From assembly GCA_050485365.1 (NCBI GenBank), contig JBJHBH010000002.1:1788-65787 (forward strand): DNA of 64,000 nt, read 5' to 3'. The translations under genes were made by a program, and so were the position numbers. The stretch comes from Desulfuromonadales bacterium. Its GTDB lineage: Bacteria > Desulfobacterota > Desulfuromonadia > Desulfuromonadales > JACZKF01. Positions 9,775-20,985 of this stretch are shown here, piece by piece (the stretch's first letter is position 1; each line of letters starts with the position of its first letter). Below the pieces are notes generated by a model. The model worked only from the letters and a program-made list of their open reading frames with translations, made no database searches and was not told the origin of the DNA.

Positions 9775-9885
9775 GTACCTGTTCAGCATGGGGTCCCAAC
9801 TCCCATGCCAAGGGACGCTTTTCGCCGTCCAAGGCGCCAGACACCCTTGTCATGTGAGCCGCGACCCCACAAAGTGAATAGGTAC
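9775..9885 (-). repeat. Structured intergenic repeat, copy C (short subtype)
   Basis: The reverse complement aligns end to end with copies at 35993 and 58278 ('tattcac..tgtggggtcgcggctcacatgacaagggtgtctggcgcc..ggacggcgaaaagcgtcccttggcatgggagttgggaccccatgctgaac'). It fills the mutase-meaB gap. Confidence 0.85.
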
Positions 9886-9892
9886 TCATCTT

Positions 9893-12040
<2,148 letters not shown>

Positions 12041-12073
12041 GTAACCTCACAGGAAAAATTTTTTAAATTTACG

Positions 12074-12194
12074 TTCGCCAAAAGGGTCTCGGGGCGCCCA
12101 CGCAGAGGGTGTCTGGCGCCCGGATGGCGCCAGTCAAGCCCCCAGGGATGGGTTCATGGCGTCCCTCGGAGTGGGGGGCGCGAGACCCTTCTCC
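12074..12194 (+). repeat. Structured intergenic repeat, copy F (divergent, long subtype)
   Basis: Shares 'gggtgtctggcgcc' and 'ggcgccagtcaagc' with copies A and B. Its own terminal helix is 'aagggtctcg'/'cgagaccctt'. Confidence 0.6.
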
Positions 12195-12294
12195 ACGGCT
12201 GCCGAATCGTCGTTATGTCTAACTTCTCTGACCCCATAAAGGAGAGCGATCGGGCTCGGCCGATCCCCCGCTCCTCGATGTACCGAAGCCTTGC

Positions 12295-12861
12295 TCAGCG
12301 GGTAACGACCGCCAGAACCTGAACCTCTTCGCCGTCGGCGGCCAGGAGCCGGTGGCGCAGCGAGGAGTCGAAGTAGACCGCGTCGCCCGCCTCGAGGAAG
12401 AGGTGCTCCTCTTCGAGGATGACCTCGGCGCGCCCCTTGAGGATGAGGAGAAACTCCTCCCCCTCGTGGTTGTAGAGGGTGTCGTCGGTGGCCCGCTCGC
12501 TGATGGTGAGCATGAACGGCTCCATCTTCTTGTTTCGCTTGCGAAAGGAGAGGGCCTCGTAGGTGTAGCCGTGCCCCGTCCCCATGGGGGAGATGACGCG
12601 GCTGACGATGCGCCGGTCGTCGGCGTGCACGACCTCGTAGCGAAGATCACCCTCCTCCTCCTCGAAGAAGAAGCTCATCTTCACGTCGAAGAATCGGGCG
12701 ATCTTCGACAGCGTGGCGATCGGCGGCGAGACGTTGTTGTTCTCGATCTGGGAGATGAGGGCCGGCGAAAAGCCGGTCTCCCGGGCTACGTCCTGCAGGG
12801 TCAGCTTGCGCGCCTTGCGCAGCCTCTTGATCTTCGATCCGATATCGTATTCTGTCGTCAT
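12295..12861 (-). CDS. XRE-family HTH + cupin-domain transcriptional regulator
   Basis: N-terminal 'IGSKIKRLRKARKLTLQDVARETGFSPALISQIENN' (HTH_3). C-terminal 'HEGEEFLLILKGRAEV...AGDAVYFDS' (cupin). Confidence 0.85.
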   Translation of the reverse strand: MTTEYDIGSKIKRLRKARKLTLQDVARETGFSPALISQIENNNVSPPIATLSKIARFFDVKMSFFFEEEEGDLRYEVVHADDRRIVSRVISPMGTGHGYTYEALSFRKRNKKMEPFMLTISERATDDTLYNHEGEEFLLILKGRAEVILEEEHLFLEAGDAVYFDSSLRHRLLAADGEEVQVLAVVTR

Positions 12862-12941
12862 ATAAAAACCAGTAAGTCTCCACCCGGAAACAGTCCGGGT
12901 GGAGACTCGGTTGTCGCTAACGTTTCAAGGTGGTGCCGACC

Positions 12942-15899
12942 TTATTTCACCCGCTGCATCGCAACGGCCTCGCGCGGCGCGGCCGAAGCGCTCCCCGGCG
13001 AATCGCCGTTGTGGAGGCTTTCGGGGAGGACGCTCTTGAGGTAGTCGCCCGTGACGGTCTGCTTCTGCTTGGCGAGCTCCTTGGGGTCGACCTCGACGAA
13101 CTTCTCGTCGGGGGTGACTTTGAAGATCGGCTGCCCTTTTTGCACGATGGTGCCGTCGCCGCCCTCGATGAGGATCTTGTCGATGGTCCCGGAGAAGGGG
13201 GCGGGGACCTTGTTGAACATCTTCATGACCTCGAGGATGAACAGAGGCTGCCCCTTTACGAAGTGCATCCCCTCGGTGACGAAGGGGGGCATCCCCGGCG
13301 CCTCCTGGCCGTAGTACATCCCGCCGCCCGGCGTGACGATCTCGTCGGCCTTGGTGGCGGGGGGCGGCACGAGGACTTTTTTCATCGCCGCCTGCAGGTC
13401 GGGGTCGTTGAGGTACTGGGGGATCGTCACCTCCAGGTCGTCCTCGACGCGGAAGGCGTAGAAGTCGGTGTTCACGGCGATGAGGCACAGGATGCCGAGG
13501 AGCTCGTTGCCGATCTCGAAACCGACGTGGGCGGCGCGGATCTTCTCCCACGTCTGCGCGTCGTATCCGCCCTGCGGCGCTTCCTCGGCGAGGATGGCGT
13601 TGAGCTTGACGAACTCCTCCTTCTTCAGGCCGAACTTGTTGCGCAGCTCGGCGTAGAAGGCCAGCGCGCTCTCGAGCAGATCGCGGTCGTGGGACCAGAT
13701 GATCTCGGCGGCCGGAGCGTCCTCGCGCCACGTCATGTTGAGGTACTCGTACGTCTCCTGCAGCACCACCAGGGGGTTGCGCTGCCAGCGCACCTTGCCG
13801 TCCTCGACGACGAAGTTCTTGCGGTTCAGGCTCAGCCACCCCGAGAGCAGATGCGGATCGGTGAGGAGCATCTCGATGGGGCGGGTCAGCAGCGTCCCCT
13901 TGCGGTCAAGGGTCTCGGAGACCTCCTTCACGATGTCGGGAGTGTCTGCGTAGAGCTTGGCGTAGTGCTTCTTCATCGCCAAAAAGGCGTAGACGATGTC
14001 GATCTTGTTCGCCTCTTCCTTGAGCTTGCCGACCAGGGTGAGGTAAGGCACGACGAAGCGGGTCGTCGGCTTGGCCATGACGTTGTTGCCGAGGAACCAG
14101 TTGACGAGGCCGTAGTGGAATTCGAGGTTGGTGGCGAGATTGTTCCCCCGCAGCACGGTGCTGCGCAGCACTCTGGAGAGGTGCTCGTAGCTCGACACCC
14201 GATCATCGCCCTTGGTCAGCAGCAGCGCGATGTTGGAGTCGTAGGCGCCAGCCAGGTGATAGCGCATGAACTGGCCGGTGTCGGGGTTGGGGATGCTGAT
14301 CCCCTGGTCGTCGCGGATCTCCCCCTCGATCGGCTTGGACCAGTAGCGGATGACGCCGCCGGCGCTCGGCGAAAGCGAAGCGTCGGTGGCGTTCAGGCGC
14401 GCCTCGGCGGCGGCGCCGAAGCGGCGGAAGCGCTCGGGGCGCGGCAGGCGCTCTTTGTGCATCGCCAGAATCGCCATCGCCTCGACCAGCGACTCGACGA
14501 CGAAGTAGTCGTTGGGATCGTCGGGGTTGGTGAACTTGAGGCTGTAGACGAGCTCGGTGACGCGGTGCTCGACCTGGATGCGGGTGTTCACCTCCATGAA
14601 GTAGTGGCGGTCGCGGTCGACGATGCACTCGAAGGTCGAGGCCGAGTCGAGGCCGACGGCGACGCCGAAGCGCTCCGACTCCTCCTCCATGCGCTTGAGG
14701 ACCTTCAAATCCGACTCGAGGGCGACGGCCTGCGCGTCGAGGCCGGCCTCCTTCGCCTTGGCGATCTCCTCGGCGAGGGCCTCCTGGGTGACGGAGATCT
14801 CGAGCAGCTTCTGCTCGTGCATCTGCAGCGAGCAGTCGCGTCCGCCCAGGGCGATGGTCCACTGGCCGTTGCCCAGCAGCTGAATCTCGTTGTGGCGGGT
14901 CTGCTCGATGTTGAGCTCGATGAGGACGTTCTTGTTGTCGCCGACGCCGTTGGCCTTGACCTCGCCGAGGATCTCGCGCACCAGGCCGGGGGCGGCCGCG
15001 GCGGCGTCTTTGATCTGCTTGTCGGTGGGGTTCTTGGTCATCAGCAGCGAGGCGCCCAGGATGCGCTGCCCCTTGCCGCCGCCGCCGCCGATCGCCTTCA
15101 GGCGAATCCGCGCGCCGGGGTAGTTGCGGAACATCGCGGCGCACTCGTGCTCGACCTGCGCGCACAGCTCCTCAATGGAGTACAGATCGATCCCCTTTGC
15201 GTAGGAGGCGAAGAGGATCGGATCGGCGAGCTCTTCGAGGGTGAGGCTCTCGTCGTCCAGAATCTTCTGTTCGACCTTGAGCCCCTCGGCCTTCACCAGC
15301 GCCAGGAGCGCCTCGCGGCTGGGATGCTTCTTCACCAGGGTGCGGGCGGTGACGTTGTCGATTCCCGGGGTGACCGAGACGTTGACCTGCAGGGCGGTGC
15401 GCTTGGCCTCGTCCTTCTTGCCGGCGGCGCGCTGGGTCTTGGAGCAGGGGCCGATGAACTTGAGCCCCGCGTCCTCGATGGCGGCGACGAACTCGTCGTC
15501 CTCGGCCATGAAGCCGTAGCCGGCGAAGATCGAGTCGTAGCCGTTGTCCTTGGCGATGGCGATGATCTGCTGGATGCGCTCGACGCGCTCCTCCTTGGAG
15601 GCCCCGGTGTAGTCGGGGACCCGGTGGACGCGGCTGTTGGAGGTGAGGCGGCGCAGCTCGGGCGACAGGGCGTTGGGGTAGACGATGGAGTCCTTCTCCG
15701 ACAACAGGATGCCGTAGTGGGTGATCCCCATCTCGTCGTAGACGTCCATCGTCTCTTTGCGGATCGGGCCGCGGCAGACGATGAGGGGTTTGAGCTCTTC
15801 GCAGGAGAAGGAGCGCACCCACGCCGAGGAGGAGGCGCTCAGGCGGCGGTCTCTATGGATGAGGGGGTTGTTCGTATAGTAGTCGATTGTCTGTGCCAT
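12942..15899 (-). CDS. Biotin-dependent acyl-CoA carboxylase alpha-type subunit: divergent biotin carboxylase fused to a long central region and a C-terminal BCCP
   Basis: 985 aa. ATP-grasp glycine loop 'IGGGGGKGQRIL', 'YFMEVNTRIQVEHRVTE' and biotinyl motif 'LEVMKMFNKV' near the C-terminus. Substrate is inferred only from neighbours. Confidence 0.8.
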   Translation of the reverse strand: MAQTIDYYTNNPLIHRDRRLSASSSAWVRSFSCEELKPLIVCRGPIRKETMDVYDEMGITHYGILLSEKDSIVYPNALSPELRRLTSNSRVHRVPDYTGASKEERVERIQQIIAIAKDNGYDSIFAGYGFMAEDDEFVAAIEDAGLKFIGPCSKTQRAAGKKDEAKRTALQVNVSVTPGIDNVTARTLVKKHPSREALLALVKAEGLKVEQKILDDESLTLEELADPILFASYAKGIDLYSIEELCAQVEHECAAMFRNYPGARIRLKAIGGGGGKGQRILGASLLMTKNPTDKQIKDAAAAAPGLVREILGEVKANGVGDNKNVLIELNIEQTRHNEIQLLGNGQWTIALGGRDCSLQMHEQKLLEISVTQEALAEEIAKAKEAGLDAQAVALESDLKVLKRMEEESERFGVAVGLDSASTFECIVDRDRHYFMEVNTRIQVEHRVTELVYSLKFTNPDDPNDYFVVESLVEAMAILAMHKERLPRPERFRRFGAAAEARLNATDASLSPSAGGVIRYWSKPIEGEIRDDQGISIPNPDTGQFMRYHLAGAYDSNIALLLTKGDDRVSSYEHLSRVLRSTVLRGNNLATNLEFHYGLVNWFLGNNVMAKPTTRFVVPYLTLVGKLKEEANKIDIVYAFLAMKKHYAKLYADTPDIVKEVSETLDRKGTLLTRPIEMLLTDPHLLSGWLSLNRKNFVVEDGKVRWQRNPLVVLQETYEYLNMTWREDAPAAEIIWSHDRDLLESALAFYAELRNKFGLKKEEFVKLNAILAEEAPQGGYDAQTWEKIRAAHVGFEIGNELLGILCLIAVNTDFYAFRVEDDLEVTIPQYLNDPDLQAAMKKVLVPPPATKADEIVTPGGGMYYGQEAPGMPPFVTEGMHFVKGQPLFILEVMKMFNKVPAPFSGTIDKILIEGGDGTIVQKGQPIFKVTPDEKFVEVDPKELAKQKQTVTGDYLKSVLPESLHNGDSPGSASAAPREAVAMQRVK

Positions 15900-15969
15900 C
15901 GGTGTCTCTCCAGTGGTTTTCGTTCGGTTCGCAAAATCCGGGGATCAAAAGCCTTTGAGCCCCCGACCT

Positions 15970-17700
15970 TTAATGGAATTCGCGCTGCACCCCCTGCCAT
16001 GCCGAGGGCTTGTAGTGGCGCAGGAAGAAGTTGAGGTTCTCTCCGAGCACCTTGCGCAGGTCGGTCGGCATGACGATGGAGGAGATCGAACCGAGGGCCA
16101 GACCTTCCTTCGGGTTCATCAGCTCTTTTTCGTAGCGGGTGTTCAGGGCGGCCTCCTCGAGCTTGAGCCACTCGGCCGCTTCCTTCTCGGCGTCCTTCTT
16201 TGCCTCGGTGCCGTCCATGCCCGCGGCGATGCGCGCGGCCGTCCCCTTCTTCACCATCTCGGCGACGGCGCTGCGGACCTTGCGCAACTCGTTCTTGTAG
16301 ACGAACTCCTTGCCGGCGGGCCCCATGACGGCCAGGCGGGTCGTCGGCAGGGCGAGCACCAGGTCGGCGCCGGTGGGGTAGTTGTTGTAGGAGGCGTAGG
16401 CGCCGCCGAAGGCGTTGCGCAGGATCAGCAGGATGCGCGGGGTGCGCACGTCGACGATGGAATCGAGCATCGAGCGCCCCGCCTGCACGATGCCGCGCGC
16501 TTCCTGCTCGCGGCCGGGGAGGAAGCCGGTGGTGTCCTCCATGAAGATCAGCGGAATATTGTAGATGTTGCAGAAGCGAACGAAGCGGGCGATCTTGAGG
16601 GCCGAGTCGCAGTCGATCTGCCCCGAAGCCACCGCCGAGTTGTTGGCGACGAAGCCGACGACGTTGCCGCCCAAGCGGCCGAAGGCGGTGATCGCCTCGC
16701 GGGCGCGGGTCGGCTGGATCTCCATGTAATCGCCGTGGTCGCAGATCTGCTGGATGATGATCGAGACGTCGAAGGGGGTGTTGAAGCCCGTCGGCGAGTT
16801 GAAGGCCTTCTTCAGCAGGGTGTTGATCTCCCACGTCTTGCGGTCCAGCGGATCGCTCGTCTCCTGGAAGGGGGCCATGGTGTGATTGTTGTCGGGGATG
16901 TAGCTCAGCAGGCGCACGGCGGTGCGCAGGGCCGCCGTCTCGTCGGAGGCGGTGAGGTCGGTGACGCCCGAGGCGCTGTGGACCTTGGGGCCGCCGAGCT
17001 CCTCGGGGGTGATGTCCTCGCCCAGAACCGACTTGACGACGCCGGGGCCGGTCAGGCCGAAGAAGGTGTCCTCGGGCTGAATGACGAAGCTCCCCTGGCG
17101 CGGCAGGTACGAGCCGCCGCCGGCGTTGAAGCCGAACATGCACATGATCGAGGGGACGACGCCGCTGATCTTGCGCAGCGCGGTGAAGGCCTCGGCGTAG
17201 CCGTCGAGCCCCCCGACGCCGGCGGGGACGAAGGCGCCGGCCGAGTCGTTCATGCCGATGAGCGGAATTCCCTTCTCGCCGGCCATGTACATCAGGCGGG
17301 CGAGCTTCTGCCCGTTGGTGGCGTCGATGGAGCCGGCGCGCACGGTGAAGTCGTGGCCGTACAGGGCGACGTCGCGTCCGCCGATGGTGAGGATGCCGGT
17401 GACGAGGGAGGCGCCGTCAAGGTTCTTCCCCCAGTTCTGGAAGAGGATGTTGGGCTCGCTGTCGGTGAGGACCTTGATCCTCTCCCAGACCGTCATGCGC
17501 TTTTTGAAATGCTGCTTTTCGATCTGCGCAACGGCAACGGACTTGACCGGACGCTGGGTCAGGTCGTGCCCTTCCTGCATGACCTCCTCGTAGACGCCCT
17601 TCTTGCCGGCAACTTCACCGGGAATGGTGAACTCGACGGTTTCCTCTGTGGCCAGGGGGTTTTTCAATGCCGGTTTGATCGCTTTTGACATTTCAGCCAT
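15970..17700 (-). CDS. Acyl-CoA carboxylase carboxyltransferase subunit (propionyl-/methylmalonyl-CoA type)
   Basis: Start set at ATG 17700 ([10 protein letters not shown]...). Carboxyl_trans blocks '[17 protein letters not shown]', '[12 protein letters not shown]' and '[14 protein letters not shown]'. The upstream 45 codons run into the AT-rich promoter region. Confidence 0.85.
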   Translation of the reverse strand: MAEMSKAIKPALKNPLATEETVEFTIPGEVAGKKGVYEEVMQEGHDLTQRPVKSVAVAQIEKQHFKKRMTVWERIKVLTDSEPNILFQNWGKNLDGASLVTGILTIGGRDVALYGHDFTVRAGSIDATNGQKLARLMYMAGEKGIPLIGMNDSAGAFVPAGVGGLDGYAEAFTALRKISGVVPSIMCMFGFNAGGGSYLPRQGSFVIQPEDTFFGLTGPGVVKSVLGEDITPEELGGPKVHSASGVTDLTASDETAALRTAVRLLSYIPDNNHTMAPFQETSDPLDRKTWEINTLLKKAFNSPTGFNTPFDVSIIIQQICDHGDYMEIQPTRAREAITAFGRLGGNVVGFVANNSAVASGQIDCDSALKIARFVRFCNIYNIPLIFMEDTTGFLPGREQEARGIVQAGRSMLDSIVDVRTPRILLILRNAFGGAYASYNNYPTGADLVLALPTTRLAVMGPAGKEFVYKNELRKVRSAVAEMVKKGTAARIAAGMDGTEAKKDAEKEAAEWLKLEEAALNTRYEKELMNPKEGLALGSISSIVMPTDLRKVLGENLNFFLRHYKPSAWQGVQREFH

Positions 17701-17816
17701 CCTTTTGAAAATTGGATTGGTAGTGCGTAAGGGGTGTTCGGACTCGGGACGGAAAACCCGGACAAGTGCCGGAAATGAGAAATAGAAAGTAGTTTTATAA
17801 GAGGTCGGTATACCCA

Positions 17817-17870
17817 ATATCGATAAAATTGTCAATAAAAATAATTTATTGGCGATAAAAGAATTTATCG
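17817..17870. promoter_or_regulatory. AT-rich operator-like array of YGATAAA/CAATAAA half-sites upstream of the carboxylase operon
   Basis: Self-palindrome 'tatcgata' (17817-17824). IR 'caataaa-N5-tttattg' (17833-17851). IR 'cgataaa-N4-tttatcg' (17853-17870). Confidence 0.5.
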
Positions 17871-18108
17871 AGATTAAAGGCGCTTTCGCCCCCGTTTTGG
17901 CGGCGCCGCAGGGCGGCTTCGCCGATGGTGCCCTCTGCGAGGCGGCATTAAACTTCTGTTTTGCACCGCCCGCCCCCCATCCTCGCGCGGGGGTGCGCGG
18001 GGCGGCGTTGGCGCGGCGTTTTCGGGTGCTCAGGTTGACTTTTTTCTCCCGATCTTTTACCTTTGACTTCGTTTTTCCTTCTTCTTTTCATATTTCCCAC
18101 TGCAAGGA

Positions 18109-19194
18109 ATGATCTGTTCTATGGAAGCATTTGATCTTCCGTTGGGTTTGCGTCTTTGGCCGAGCGAGCACCGCGCCGGCCGCCGCTACCTGAGAGAAGG
18201 ATACGCCTTCTCCCTGCTCGAGAACTCCTCCGACTCCTTTCGCTTCTCCGTGCTGGCCGGCGCGGCCAAGATCGAATCGCTCTTTCGCAGCCTCTCGACC
18301 TTTTTGCCCGACGAATCGTTCCTGATCCTCGAATTCTACGAAGAGGACGGGGAAAAGGGCGAGGACGGGCAGAGCGTTCCGACCGTCTACTATTCCCCCT
18401 ACCTGCCGACCGCGGAGATCCTCGCGACCATCGAGCCGTATCTGCCGCGAATGATCCACGACGGTTTCGTTGGCTTCGGGCTGGCCAACAACCGCTCGGG
18501 GATGGAGTTTTTCTACTCGGAGGAGAAGGTTCTGACCTGCTTCACCGGAGACCACCTGCGCACCATCGACGTCCTCAACCGCCACGGCCTCCCCTTCCGG
18601 CCGCGGCTCTTCTTCCCCACCGATCTCGGGCACGACCACCTGTCGTTGCAGTGCCACCACCGCCGCATCCTTCCGCCCCCCTTCAGCGCCATGTCCGACG
18701 CGGACCTCGACTATCTGAGCTTCTGCAGCGAGATCACCGAATTGCTCGACATGTATCCGGTGGAGGAAGATCTCTCGTTCTTCCTCTCCAAAAAGGAGCA
18801 GGATCTCATCGAGGCGCGTCTGTTGGAGCATGAGACGTACGCCGAGTTCGCCGAAGAGGATTTCGGAGTCCTTCTGCTCGACTGGCACGATTTCGTCGGC
18901 GAGTGCGAAGCCGCCTTCGAAGGCGACCTGTGGGAGTATCGCCAGGGGCTGAGGCTGCGCGACATGTTCCAGTACGTCATCGACGGCGTCTCCGAAGCCC
19001 TCGGCCGCAAGCTCGTGGAGATTCTCGCCGAAGCCGACGCCCGCTTTCAGCAGTTGCTGATTGACCGGCGTAAGCGCCTCGATCCGCCGCAGCTCGCCGC
19101 AGACGAGCCCCCGTTCTGGTATCGCGGGGTGGTGCGCAACCAGGGGGCCACCCTGCGCCGCGACCTCATCCGACAGGGATGGTACAAGCCGTGA
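18109..19194 (+). CDS. Hypothetical acidic cytoplasmic protein (no family recognised)
   Basis: 361-aa ORF with high GC3. Alternative start at ATG 18121 is better spaced from 'aagga'. No motif I can name. Confidence 0.6.
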   Translation: MICSMEAFDLPLGLRLWPSEHRAGRRYLREGYAFSLLENSSDSFRFSVLAGAAKIESLFRSLSTFLPDESFLILEFYEEDGEKGEDGQSVPTVYYSPYLPTAEILATIEPYLPRMIHDGFVGFGLANNRSGMEFFYSEEKVLTCFTGDHLRTIDVLNRHGLPFRPRLFFPTDLGHDHLSLQCHHRRILPPPFSAMSDADLDYLSFCSEITELLDMYPVEEDLSFFLSKKEQDLIEARLLEHETYAEFAEEDFGVLLLDWHDFVGECEAAFEGDLWEYRQGLRLRDMFQYVIDGVSEALGRKLVEILAEADARFQQLLIDRRKRLDPPQLAADEPPFWYRGVVRNQGATLRRDLIRQGWYKP

Positions 19195-19206
19195 GGTGCA
19201 GCAGCC

Positions 19207-19289
19207 CGGATTCAGGAGCCAGGATTCAGGAGAAGTGCAGATCGTGGCTCTGCCTTTTTTCCGGCTACCGGCTCCTGGCTCCTGGATTC
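19207..19289. repeat. Long inverted repeat with low-complexity arms and an internal T-tract hairpin
   Basis: 12-bp perfect pairing 'caggagccagga' (19212-19223) / 'tcctggctcctg' (19272-19283). The left arm is a tandem 'ggattcaggag'. Inner hairpin 'gcaga..tctgc' is followed by T6 (19236-19259). Confidence 0.6.
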
Positions 19290-19297
19290 CGCCTCTC

Positions 19298-20044
19298 ATG
19301 ATCGCCCTCGTCGCCGCCGTCCCCATCGAGACCGAGCTCCTGCGCCGCTTTCTGGCGCCGTGTGCGGTTCTGAGCTGCGGGCGGCGCGACCTGTTTCGCG
19401 GCAGCCTTTACGGCATCCCCGTGGCGCTGATGCACTCGGGGGTCGGAAAGGCGAATGCGGCCGCCGCCGTCGGCACTCTTCTCGAAAAGCTCAAGCCCTC
19501 GCTCGTCATCGCAACAGGGGTCGCCGGCGCCTTCGCCGAGAGCGGCCTCGACGTCGGCGACCTCGCCCTGGCCACCGAAGAGATCTACGGCGACGAGGGG
19601 GCGATCACGCCGGAGGGCTTCCTCGACATGAAGGCCCTGGGCTTCGCCCTCGTTCAGCGCGCAGGGCGGCGCCACTTCAACACCTTCCCCTTCGACGGAC
19701 CCACTCTGGAGACCGTTCGCCCGGTCCTCGAGCGCTATGCCGAGGCGGCCAAGGTGCGCTTCGCCGCCGGCCCCTTCGTGACCGTTTCGACCGGATCGGG
19801 GACCGACGCCGCGGCGCACCAGATGGCCCAGCGCACCGGTGGGATCTGCGAGAACATGGAAGGGGCGGCCCTGGCGCAGATCTGCGCCCTCTACGGCACC
19901 CCCGCCATCGAGATCCGCGGCATCTCCAACCGGGCGGGCGACCGCGACCTGTCCCGCTGGGACGTGCGAAAGGGGGCCGAGGCGGCGCAGTACGCCCTTT
20001 GCGACCTCTTCCAGGCGTGGCAGTGGAGGGACAACCGGGCATGA
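19298..20044 (+). CDS. mqnB: Futalosine hydrolase (PNP/UDP phosphorylase fold)
   Basis: Start at ATG 19298 (MIALVAAVPIETELL). 'HSGVGKANAA', 'ENMEGAALAQ'. 4-nt ATGA overlap with mqnD. Confidence 0.8.
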   Translation: MIALVAAVPIETELLRRFLAPCAVLSCGRRDLFRGSLYGIPVALMHSGVGKANAAAAVGTLLEKLKPSLVIATGVAGAFAESGLDVGDLALATEEIYGDEGAITPEGFLDMKALGFALVQRAGRRHFNTFPFDGPTLETVRPVLERYAEAAKVRFAAGPFVTVSTGSGTDAAAHQMAQRTGGICENMEGAALAQICALYGTPAIEIRGISNRAGDRDLSRWDVRKGAEAAQYALCDLFQAWQWRDNRA

Positions 20045-20886
20045 CGCGACCCCTCACCCTCGGCTACTCCCCCTGCCCCAACGACACCTTCATCTTCTAC
20101 GCCCTCGTCCACGGCCTCGTCGCGATCCCCGGCGCCAGCGTGCAGGAGCGCCTGGAAGACGTGGAGACCCTCAACCGCCTCGCCCTTCACAAGCGCCTCG
20201 ACCTGACGAAGATCTCCTATCACGCCCTGGGGCATCTGCGCACCGACTACGCCCTGCTGCGCAGCGGCGGCGCGCTGGGGCGCGGATGCGGCCCCATCGT
20301 CGTCGCCCGGGCCGATACCGACCTGGCGGCCCTGCGTGGAAAGTCGATCGCCATCCCCGGCCGACTGACGACGGCCAACCTGCTGCTGCAGCTTTGCGGC
20401 ACAGGCTTCGAGCAGGTGCGCGAGATGCCCTTCCACACGATCATGGCCGCCGTCGCCAAGGGGGAGGTCGAGGCGGGGGTCATCATCCACGAGTCGCGCT
20501 TCACCTATTGGGAGCACGGCCTGGTGCAGATCGCAGACCTCGGCGCGTGGTGGGAGGAGGAGACGGGGCTGCCGATCCCTCTGGGGGGGATTCTCGCCCG
20601 GCGCGACCTCGGCGCCGAGCTCATCGCGCAGATCGACGAAGCCCTTGCCGAAAGCGTCGCCTACGCCTTCGCGCACCCGCAGCAGCCCCGCGCCTACATC
20701 CGCGAACACTCGCAGGAACTCGCCGACGAGGTGATCGAGAGCCACATCGCTCTGTACGTCAACGACTTCTCTCTCGATCTCGGCGACGAGGGGGAGCGGG
20801 CAGTCACCGAACTTCTCGGCCGCGCCGAGAAACGGGGGATCATTCCGATGTGCGGGCTGCCGCTGTTCATAGGCGATAGGCGATAA
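20041..20886 (+). CDS. mqnD: 1,4-dihydroxy-6-naphthoate synthase
   Basis: 'LTLGYSPCPNDTFIFYALVHG' and 'IIHESRFTY' are typical of the MqnD/VitK2 biosynthesis family. Translationally coupled to mqnB. Confidence 0.85.
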   Translation: MTRPLTLGYSPCPNDTFIFYALVHGLVAIPGASVQERLEDVETLNRLALHKRLDLTKISYHALGHLRTDYALLRSGGALGRGCGPIVVARADTDLAALRGKSIAIPGRLTTANLLLQLCGTGFEQVREMPFHTIMAAVAKGEVEAGVIIHESRFTYWEHGLVQIADLGAWWEEETGLPIPLGGILARRDLGAELIAQIDEALAESVAYAFAHPQQPRAYIREHSQELADEVIESHIALYVNDFSLDLGDEGERAVTELLGRAEKRGIIPMCGLPLFIGDRR

Positions 20887-20913
20887 TCAGCTATCCTTCA
20901 AGCCCATCAAGAC

Positions 20914-20950
20914 AAAAAGCGACCCCCGAGGGGGTCGCTTTTTGCTTTTT
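20914..20950. terminator. Bidirectional rho-independent terminator between mqnD and serA
   Basis: 'aaaaagcgaccccc-gag-ggggtcgcttttt', with A and T runs on both sides. Confidence 0.85.
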
Positions 20951-20985
20951 CCTATTGCCCATAGCCTCGGGCCTATGGCCTATTC

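Noticed and set aside
12041-12294. Cobalamin riboswitch upstream of the B12-dependent mutase
   Set aside because: No B12-box-like core was seen; the gap is mostly occupied by repeat copy F. An Rfam RF00174 scan would be decisive.
12930-16034. 1034-aa ORF antisense to the biotin carboxylase/BCCP gene
   Set aside because: A GC-rich antisense frame with no recognisable domains. The minus strand has ATP-grasp and biotinyl motifs.
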